A stretch of 20,000 nucleotides of DNA from an uncultured virus (IMG/VR IMGVR_UViG_3300017766_004071) (lineage: Duplodnaviria; Heunggongvirae; Uroviricota; Caudoviricetes), in the IMG/VR virus record IMGVR_UViG_3300017766_004071, positions 55,705-75,704 of that record; one strand, given 5' to 3'. The position numbers and the translations under genes are program-made. Below, piece by piece: positions 13,768 through 20,000 of this stretch (its first letter is position 1; every line of letters begins with the position of its first letter). Under the pieces are notes generated by a model that was not told the origin of the DNA, did no database searches, and worked only from the letters and a program-made list of their open reading frames with translations.

Positions 13768-13977
13768 CCCAATTGATGTAGATAGATTGGGTGGTCAGTA
13801 AGCCTAATTGCTCGTATTATGGTTAATATGTCACTATAACCAGGGTTGCCAAGACCAGATTGTTGGCAGTTTACACGAGATAGTCACTCGCATTTTCTAC
13901 AAAAGGCAAAAAACACTAGTCCGTTTCTACAGGATGATGGGGCATTGAAAAAGTGTAGCTAACTTGGAAGATACCCC
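13768..13977 (+). ncRNA. Putative structured RNA (~210 nt)
   Basis: CCCAAT/ATTGGG, CTCGT/ACGAG enclosing TGGTTA/TAACCA and TGCCAA/TTGGCA, terminal GGGG/CCCC. Confidence 0.45.
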
Positions 13978-14067
13978 AAAATTTTTTAAAAAAAACATAG
14001 GAAAAAGTGAATAATTCAGGAAGAACAACTATCTTTGTCTTATTAATCACTGAAACACATAATCACA

Positions 14068-14298
14068 ATGGCTAAAGAGAAAAAAACAATCCAAGTTGAG
14101 TTATTAAAAGAATTCGCAAACAACTATTTGGCTATTCCAATGGTTTCTATCCAAGAAAAAATGGGCATTATCACAATGATTGAAAAGGTTCTACACGAAT
14201 CTAATGCCTATAAAGGTTATATGTATTTAAAACTTGAAGAAAACAATACCCCCCCAGCATTTGGTAGTGAGGGGTGGGCAACAAGAAAATATTTTTAA
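14068..14298 (+). CDS. Hypothetical protein (76 aa)
   Basis: ORF track; TATCTTTG -7-like element at 14030-14037. Confidence 0.75.
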   Translation: MAKEKKTIQVELLKEFANNYLAIPMVSIQEKMGIITMIEKVLHESNAYKGYMYLKLEENNTPPAFGSEGWATRKYF

Positions 14299-14316
14299 TT
14301 TAAAACTTTGAATATT

Positions 14317-14580
14317 ATGGCACTTATTTATGTAATCTTGGATAGCAACGATAGAATTCCTATTCTAACTGCAAGTAGTATTGAAAAAGCTGAATTACTT
14401 TTGAATCAATATATGGGTGTTGAAGGTCCTATATTTGATGAAAGTGTTGAGTATATAGGTTTTGAACCATTTGATGACAGAGGTTATTATGAAATTTATG
14501 AAGGTGAATACAAATATAAGACAGAAGATGGTGAACAAAGATTCATAAGATATTGTATGTCATTAGATAGTTTATATTAA
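14317..14580 (+). CDS. Hypothetical acidic protein
   Basis: ORF track; ATG 14317 preferred over TTG 14308. Confidence 0.7.
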   Translation: MALIYVILDSNDRIPILTASSIEKAELLLNQYMGVEGPIFDESVEYIGFEPFDDRGYYEIYEGEYKYKTEDGEQRFIRYCMSLDSLY

Positions 14581-14585
14581 AATTT

Positions 14586-14731
14586 AGTCCTGTGGCGGAA
14601 TGGAAGACGTTTGGGTGCAAATCCCATTAGCCCAAAGGGGGTTACAATATATTGAGGTTCGATTCCTCTACTGGTACGGATGTGTCAGATTGGCGTTGTT
14701 GTAAATACAGGTTCGATTCCTGTCAGGACTA
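14586..14731 (+). ncRNA. Leu-type tRNA scaffold with insert, copy F (146 nt)
   Basis: AGTCCTG/CAGGACT acceptor; insert contains two extra T-arm-like hairpins. Confidence 0.75.
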
Positions 14732-14737
14732 CAACAT

Positions 14738-14825
14738 TTAAAACATCAACTCGTAAAGAAAATGATGGCAAAGAGGTTCAGATAAAGGTAACGAGCTCCT
14801 ACCTACCCTGAACAAGATGTTTTAA
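14738..14825 (+). ncRNA. Putative pseudoknotted RNA
   Basis: TTAAAACATC/GATGTTTTAA closing; GTTCAG/CTGAAC + AGGTA/TACCT hairpin with loop ACGAG pairing to CTCGT. Confidence 0.5.
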
Positions 14826-14832
14826 TTAATAT

Positions 14833-14946
14833 GGTCAAGTGGCGGAATGGAAGACGCTAAGTAAGATGGTGTACGTTTGTCCCATAAGAAAGACCGATGC
14901 AACAGAAATGTGAAGGGTCGTATAGGTTCAAATCCTATCTTGACTA
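14833..14946 (+). ncRNA. Leu-type tRNA scaffold with insert, copy G (114 nt)
   Basis: GGTCAAG/CTTGACT acceptor, GGCGGAATGGAAGACGC D arm, T arm; no 7-nt anticodon loop. Confidence 0.72.
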
Positions 14947-14949
14947 CAA

Positions 14950-15153
14950 TGAGTAAGAGATACTCAGCAGTCTTAGTAAAGACTTAAATCTATACTCGGT
15001 TCTAAAGGGGACATCGTGAACGCCCCTTTCATGGGAATAAAGGCAGGTAGCAGAGCCTCCCAGTAGCTTGACTAATTTTAAGAGGGATGACCCACAGGTT
15101 TATTGAAAGCAAGAAAACCGATATATCTACTCACTTGGAATCTCAGAGTGGGG
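14950..15153 (+). ncRNA. Putative structured RNA (~200 nt)
   Basis: TGAGTA can pair with TACTCA at 14961 or 15128; AGTCTT/AAGACT and AAAGGGG/CCCCTTT hairpins. Confidence 0.45.
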
Positions 15154-15159
15154 AAATTT

Positions 15160-15247
15160 GCACCCATAGCTCAACTGGACAGAGCAACCGCCTTCTAAGC
15201 GGAAGGGTACCGAAAGGTCATTGTAGGTTCGAGTCCTACTGGGTGTA
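15160..15247 (+). tRNA. trnR: tRNA-Arg(TCT) with long variable arm
   Basis: GCACCCA/TGGGTGT acceptor; CCGC-CTTCTAA-GCGG; ACC-GAAA-GGT in a 19-nt variable region. Confidence 0.9.
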
Positions 15248-15313
15248 CTAAATTTTAATAGTAGCTATTGGTTTGAATTATTGATTTGTTTATATTTATA
15301 GTAAAATACTATT

Positions 15314-15919
15314 ATGGAACAAAACAAATTCAATAAAGAAGATTTAGAAAACTTAATTCACACACAAAATAAGAGTTATCGTGAAATTGGTAAATTGTAC
15401 GGAGTTAGTGACACTTATATCAAAAAAATAGCAAGAAAACTTGGTATAGAGTTATTGGTTAGAAAAGTGTTTCCTAAAGATTTTACCCCAATAAATAAAG
15501 GTACTTGTGAAATACTTACTTGTAAAAATTGTCTAGCTACTTTTCAAAAAAAATATGGTAATCCGAAATTTTGTTGTCATAGTTGTAGTATTGATTATAG
15601 ACAAAAAAATAAATACAATCATTATTTATTCAACCAACAAGAATTTACTAATTGTATTTCAGATATGAAATGGTTTAAGAAATATATTCTTGAAGAACAA
15701 AATGAAAAATGTAATATTTGTAATATTGATAATTTTTGGAATGGTAAACCATTGAAGTTCATTTTAGACCATATTGATGGAAATGCCGCTAACAATACAA
15801 GAAATAATTTAAGACTGATTTGTCATAATTGTGATTCCCAATTGGACACTTACAAATCAAAAAATAAAAATTCGGCTAGAAAAAATAGGTATTTTTTAAA
15901 CTATAAAAACAAATTATAA
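15314..15919 (+). CDS. HNH endonuclease with N-terminal HTH
   Basis: CNICN..LDHIDGNAANN..NLRLICHNCDSQ. Confidence 0.9.
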   Translation: MEQNKFNKEDLENLIHTQNKSYREIGKLYGVSDTYIKKIARKLGIELLVRKVFPKDFTPINKGTCEILTCKNCLATFQKKYGNPKFCCHSCSIDYRQKNKYNHYLFNQQEFTNCISDMKWFKKYILEEQNEKCNICNIDNFWNGKPLKFILDHIDGNAANNTRNNLRLICHNCDSQLDTYKSKNKNSARKNRYFLNYKNKL

Positions 15920-15923
15920 AATT

Positions 15924-16097
15924 ATGAAATTTAAAGTAGGAGACAAAGTTTACAAACCGAAAGGTTACAAATTCCCAGGTATAGTTGTTGCGGTATTCCA
16001 AACCACATCTGGTGAAACGAGAATTGTTGCAGAATTAATTGATAATGGTATGTTACACATATTTAGTGAGAGTCAGCTTGAACTTGATATAAACTAA
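15924..16097 (+). CDS. SH3-fold protein, distant DfrB (R67 DHFR)-like (57 aa)
   Basis: Read manually: MKFKVGDKVYKPKGYKFPGIVVAVFQTTSGETRIVAELIDNGMLHIFSESQLELDIN. Confidence 0.6.
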   Translation: MKFKVGDKVYKPKGYKFPGIVVAVFQTTSGETRIVAELIDNGMLHIFSESQLELDIN

Positions 16098-16115
16098 ATA
16101 AATCATTATTAAGAT

Positions 16116-16373
16116 ATGAATTCTAAATTAACACAAAATAAAACACCTCTTCAAAACGTTATAGATAAAGTTGAAAAACTTACTAGAGAAGCTAAACAGA
16201 ATACAGAGGAAAAAAGAAAATTAAACATAGTTATTTCTTATCTTTGGGACGAGTTACAAAATGAAAGATATGTAATGTCTGAAATTTATGAAAAAAGTAA
16301 AAAAGAAGATAATGAAGTAACTGGAAAAATGTGGATTGAAAAAAATTTTATAGACTATCAAAAATTTTTATAA
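16116..16373 (+). CDS. Hypothetical protein (85 aa)
   Basis: ORF track. Confidence 0.7.
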   Translation: MNSKLTQNKTPLQNVIDKVEKLTREAKQNTEEKRKLNIVISYLWDELQNERYVMSEIYEKSKKEDNEVTGKMWIEKNFIDYQKFL

Positions 16374-16501
16374 TGAAAGACGAAAATCAAGGTAAAACAA
16401 ATGACCAAAGAGAATTTGCAATGTTTATGTTCTCTGGTTCAATGTTAGCACTAATTGTATTAGGATTGGTTTATCTAATCAAATTTGGATTTAACCTTTA
16501 A
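16373..16501 (+). CDS. Small membrane protein (42 aa)
   Basis: Read manually; TAATG coupling, C-terminal TM segment. Confidence 0.5.
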   Translation: MKDENQGKTNDQREFAMFMFSGSMLALIVLGLVYLIKFGFNL

Positions 16502-16506
16502 AAAAG

Positions 16507-16590
16507 ACCTGAGTGGTGGAATGGTAGACACGTTTGGCTTAGACCCAAATTCCGTTTAAAGGAGTAAGAGTTCGAATCTCTTCTTAGGTA
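16507..16590 (+). tRNA. trnL: tRNA-Leu(TAG)
   Basis: ACCTGAG/CTTAGGT acceptor; TTTGG-CTTAGAC-CCAAA; variable arm. Confidence 0.92.
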
Positions 16591-16610
16591 CAAAAATTGG
16601 ACATAAAAAA

Positions 16611-16919
16611 ATGGAAGCAAAAATTCTTAAAAAAGGTATTAATGTTACCTATTATTTTCCACATGGAAATAATGAACCATTTTGTGTTACATTCATCAAA
16701 TCAGGATGGAAGGAACATTATCACGTTATATCAGAGTGGGGTGATTCTGGAGATTTTACTCACAGAGTAATGAAACCTATTGAAATAATTGATATGTACA
16801 ATTTGACAGCTGATGATTTACCAATTGGTAATGAAATTTATTTTATCTCTAAAAAAGAAATCTTGGAGCATCCAAATGATTATGATTTAGGTGAATTTGT
16901 TCGAAAAAAAATTTCTTAA
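16611..16919 (+). CDS. Hypothetical protein (102 aa)
   Basis: ORF track. Confidence 0.75.
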   Translation: MEAKILKKGINVTYYFPHGNNEPFCVTFIKSGWKEHYHVISEWGDSGDFTHRVMKPIEIIDMYNLTADDLPIGNEIYFISKKEILEHPNDYDLGEFVRKKIS

Positions 16920-16960
16920 TGTAATTTTGTTTTTTTATCTTTGTATCAAATAATAAAACT

Positions 16961-17134
16961 ATGAAAAAGAAAGATAAATTAAAAAATACAATTGACGCCA
17001 TAGGGAATGGTGCTCGTTTGGTATATTTAGAGAAGAACCCTCACGGTTTCTCCTCAATAACAAAAGTTCATAAAACTATTAAACAATATACTAGAAAAAA
17101 CAAACGAAATGAAATACAAAATATATTTGGATGA
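16961..17134 (+). CDS. Small basic protein (57 aa), weakly ArfA-like tail
   Basis: Read manually: ...NPHGFSSITKVHKTIKQYTRKNKR... Confidence 0.55.
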   Translation: MKKKDKLKNTIDAIGNGARLVYLEKNPHGFSSITKVHKTIKQYTRKNKRNEIQNIFG

Positions 17135-17531
17135 TGAAAGAACTCCTAATGATAAGGATTGGACTATTGTTAGAAATTATGGTCAATTCATCAAAAAGAT
17201 TTCTGAAATTGGATTAGAAAATGTAGCAGTAATTTCATTTGACCATGATTTAGGCGACACTGCGGTTGAAGAATATTACACAAACGTAATGAATAAAGGT
17301 ATATTAGATTATGATAATATTGAAGAAAAAACTGGATATGATGCAGCTAAATGGTTGGTTGAACAATATATGGACAACATTACAAGTCCTTTCCCTCAAG
17401 TATATGTTCACTCAGCCAATCCTATTGGAGCTATTAATATTATTAATTATGTTAATCGTTTCCTAAGACATATCGGTAAGAAACAAACCGCAAAATTAAA
17501 AGTAGAACCTTTCACCATTCAACATAAATAA
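17109..17531 (+). CDS. Cyclic-phosphate processing receiver domain protein
   Basis: IYLDDERxP, ISFDHDLG, TGYD, VHSANPIG motifs. Confidence 0.85.
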   Translation: MKYKIYLDDERTPNDKDWTIVRNYGQFIKKISEIGLENVAVISFDHDLGDTAVEEYYTNVMNKGILDYDNIEEKTGYDAAKWLVEQYMDNITSPFPQVYVHSANPIGAINIINYVNRFLRHIGKKQTAKLKVEPFTIQHK

Positions 17532-17537
17532 AAATGA
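17499..17537 (+). repeat. 39-bp direct repeat, copy 1 (copy 2 at 18145-18183)
   Basis: AAAGTA(G/A)AACCTTTCACCAT(T/C)CAACATAAATAAAAATGA, 37/39 identical. Confidence 0.85.
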
Positions 17538-18115
17538 TATTAACAGAACAACAAGAAAAATTTTTTGAGTTTGTCAAAGAACAACATGGCACTCAAGTGA
17601 GAAAATATACGGGTGAACCTTATTGGACTCATCCATTGGCTGTCGCAGAATTAGTAAATAAATATAAATCAGATTCTTTTAGTAATGGTGAAGTATTTGC
17701 TATAGAAATATCGTTAGGTCATGATTTATTGGAAGATACTCCTTGTACTGTTGAAACTTTAAGAAAAAAATTAAGTGAGATTGGTTATCCCTATTTAAGT
17801 ACTGAGATGATTGTTTCAGGTATTGGTCATTTAACCGACACCTATACTAAAGAAGCATATCCTAAACTCAATAGAGCCAAAAGAAAAGCTATGGAAGTTG
17901 AAAGGCTTGGTAGAATCCCTGCTTATTGTCAAACAATTAAATATGCTGACTTGATTGAGAACATTTCATCTATTGTTGAGTATGATAAATCTTTCGCTGT
18001 TACTTATCTTCAAGAGAAAAAAGAGTTACTTAAGAATATGAGGGGTGGAAATTTTAATCTTTACTTGAAAGCAATAGAAGTTTATTTGGAAGCTTTAAAA
18101 ACTCTTGAGGGGTAA
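17534..18115 (+). CDS. HD-domain hydrolase, small alarmone hydrolase/Mesh1-like
   Basis: HxxQxRKxxGEPYxxHP, HDLLEDT, IKYADxxxN motifs of the RelA/SpoT hydrolase domain. Confidence 0.85.
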   Translation: MILTEQQEKFFEFVKEQHGTQVRKYTGEPYWTHPLAVAELVNKYKSDSFSNGEVFAIEISLGHDLLEDTPCTVETLRKKLSEIGYPYLSTEMIVSGIGHLTDTYTKEAYPKLNRAKRKAMEVERLGRIPAYCQTIKYADLIENISSIVEYDKSFAVTYLQEKKELLKNMRGGNFNLYLKAIEVYLEALKTLEG

Positions 18116-18144
18116 AAGGATTTTGATAAAATTCCTTATTGCCC

Positions 18145-18183
18145 AAAGTAAAACCTTTCACCATCCAACATAAATAAAAATGA
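18145..18183 (+). repeat. 39-bp direct repeat, copy 2
   Basis: Matches 17499-17537; followed by ATG AAT ATT TTC TAA. Confidence 0.85.
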
Positions 18184-18254
18184 ATATTTTCTAATAAACA
18201 TATAGTTAATTTGAGAATAGAAACCATTTTTCTTATATTTATATATAAAGATAT

Positions 18255-19223
18255 ATGGAAAATTGTAAAATTTGTTTCAAAGAATTTAAAAACTTAAAGG
18301 CACTTTCATCACATTTTAATTCTAAACATAAATTGAGTTCTAATGAATATTATGATGTTTTTCTGTTAAAAGAGGGTGAAGGTAAATGTAAAATTTGTGG
18401 AAACCCAACTTCATTTAGAAATCTAAATAAAGGTTATTTAGATAATTGTTCAATTGAATGTAGAGATAAAAATGAATCATTTAATAAAGGTTATTGGAAA
18501 GGTAAGAAACAAACTGAGGATACAATTAAAAAAAGAATCAAAAATACTAACCAAGTTTTAAAAGAACAAAAAAGAAAAGAAACAACATTAAAAAAATTTA
18601 ATGTAGATAACCCCTCAAAAAACTCAGAGATTTCTAATAAAATTAGTTTAGCTTTAAAAGGAAGGAAGATTAAAAGAACAAATGAATGGCAAAAAAATAT
18701 AATAACTGCTAAGAAAAAAAATGGCACAATCAAACATTCACAAGAAACCAAAGAAAAGATTACAAATTCTTTAAACATTTTTCACCAAAAAAATATTGAT
18801 AGGGAAAAGTATATTACTAATTCATCAAACACCAAACATTTGACTGGTTGGTATAAAAAATTACATTTTAGAAGTTCTTTAGAACTTTCTTTTTTAATTA
18901 ATAATCAAAATGTTAATTTTGAGAGTTGTGAGAATAAGTTATATGGTATTGTTTATATAATAGATGGTAAATCAAAAATATACTATCCAGATTTTACTGA
19001 TGGTCAATTTATATATGAAATTAAACCTTATAGTTTGTTAAACTATAAAAATAACAATCTAAAAATTAAGTTAGGGTATGAAAAATATAGTAATAATTTT
19101 AAATTGATAACTGAAAAAGAATCTCCATATGTATCAAAAAAAATAATAGAGGAATTAATTAAACTAGGGGTTATTATTTTAAGTAAATCAAGTGAAAATA
19201 AATTTAAAAAATACAAATATTAG
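18255..19223 (+). CDS. Putative homing endonuclease (C2H2 finger, NUMOD3-like, TnsA-like PD-(D/E)XK domain)
   Basis: CKIC..HxxxKH; KHSQETKEKI; FRSSLE..YYPDF..YEIKP. Confidence 0.78.
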   Translation: MENCKICFKEFKNLKALSSHFNSKHKLSSNEYYDVFLLKEGEGKCKICGNPTSFRNLNKGYLDNCSIECRDKNESFNKGYWKGKKQTEDTIKKRIKNTNQVLKEQKRKETTLKKFNVDNPSKNSEISNKISLALKGRKIKRTNEWQKNIITAKKKNGTIKHSQETKEKITNSLNIFHQKNIDREKYITNSSNTKHLTGWYKKLHFRSSLELSFLINNQNVNFESCENKLYGIVYIIDGKSKIYYPDFTDGQFIYEIKPYSLLNYKNNNLKIKLGYEKYSNNFKLITEKESPYVSKKIIEELIKLGVIILSKSSENKFKKYKY

Positions 19224-19244
19224 TTAACCAATTAAAGTTATTTT

Positions 19245-19736
19245 ATGAACATTTTTTTCTTGGACTACGATGTTGTTAAATGTGCAAAGTATCATTGTGA
19301 TAAACATTGTATCAAACAATTATTGGAATCAGCACAATTATTATGTGGTGCCCACCACGTAACAAATTCCAAATTGGATATCCCTTATAAATTATCCCAC
19401 AAAAATCACCCTTGTTCAATATGGGTTAGAGAATCATTATCTAACTATTTATACCTATGTGAACTTGGATTGGAATTGTGTAAGGAGTATACTTATAGAT
19501 ATGGAAAACGTCATAAGTCCCAGGATGTTATTGAGTGGTGTGTAACAAATTTTGTCAATATTTGTGACAAAGGTTTCACTGAACCACCCAAAGCAATGCC
19601 TGATGAATATAAAGTTAAAGACGTTATTCAATCTTATAGGAACTATTACATTGGGGCAAAAAAAGATTTTGTTTCTTGGAAGAATCGTGATGTTCCCTAT
19701 TGGTTTTGTGAAGAAAATCACTTAGAATTAGCATAA
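19245..19736 (+). CDS. Pyrimidine dimer DNA glycosylase/endonuclease V-like protein
   Basis: MNIFFLD..AKYHCDKHCIKQLLESAQLL..HKNHPCSIW motifs. Confidence 0.8.
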   Translation: MNIFFLDYDVVKCAKYHCDKHCIKQLLESAQLLCGAHHVTNSKLDIPYKLSHKNHPCSIWVRESLSNYLYLCELGLELCKEYTYRYGKRHKSQDVIEWCVTNFVNICDKGFTEPPKAMPDEYKVKDVIQSYRNYYIGAKKDFVSWKNRDVPYWFCEENHLELA

Positions 19737-19832
19737 AAATAAAACTATGAATATATTCAATAAAATAATGACAGGATTTTGGTTTATACTATTTCTTCTA
19801 TTTTTATTTACAATTAGAAAAAGGAGGAAGGC

Positions 19833-20000
19833 ATGAAAGAAAAATTAACAAAGTTTCAAACAAAGGTTTGGCAAACAATTGAACCCATAATTAAAAAAGA
19901 ATCTTATCAAGTTAATTTGACATTTGATGACGAATTTGTAATAACAAGAGATTCTAAATTTACAATTAAAATTTTTCCCAAAAAAGAAGTTTCAATAACA
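19833..20000 (+). CDS. Hypothetical protein, runs off window
   Basis: Open from ATG 19833 to the window end. Confidence 0.5.
   Translation, partial: MKEKLTKFQTKVWQTIEPIIKKESYQVNLTFDDEFVITRDSKFTIKIFPKKEVSIT

Noticed and set aside
1593..14946. Scaffold repeats as a CRISPR array or as intron-containing tRNAs
   Set aside because: Copies are dispersed, contain tRNA arms and no cas genes are present; inserts are far too short for group I introns and removing them does not rebuild a clear anticodon arm
439..19721. Minus-strand ORFs in the track (439-798, 3094-3282, 3366-3617, 5353-5559, 8260-8547, 8746-8934, 9466-9744, 11076-11279, 13051-13281, 18491-18778, 19455-19721)
   Set aside because: All are antisense shadows of + strand genes or tRNAs with no recognisable motifs

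Overview
AT-rich (+)-strand segment of a large phage, most likely Bacteroidota-infecting (TTTG-N19/20-TAnnTTTG promoters, a T9SS-sorted protein, small lipoproteins). It holds two tRNA arrays: block 1 (242-6017; Gln, Phe, His, Ser x2, Arg-ACG, Pro, Asn, Lys, Val, Cys, Trp, plus two non-canonical Ile-anticodon RNAs) and block 2 (9887-16590; Asp, Leu x2, Glu, CAT/Met, Tyr, Gly, Ala, Thr, Arg-TCT). Together they cover all 20 amino acids. Each array is preceded by a short leader ORF, an intrinsic terminator, a competing antiterminator and a boxA-like site. The core of each leader is an unbroken run of codons for the tRNAs of its own array, which suggests a multi-tRNA-sensing attenuator. The arrays are interleaved with six Leu-type tRNA scaffolds carrying variable structured inserts, several putative structured ncRNAs, homing-endonuclease-like genes and small accessory ORFs. 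The right end encodes a cyclic-phosphate receiver protein, an HD hydrolase, an endonuclease and a DenV-like glycosylase. All structures were folded by eye and all protein calls are motif recognition, not database searches.
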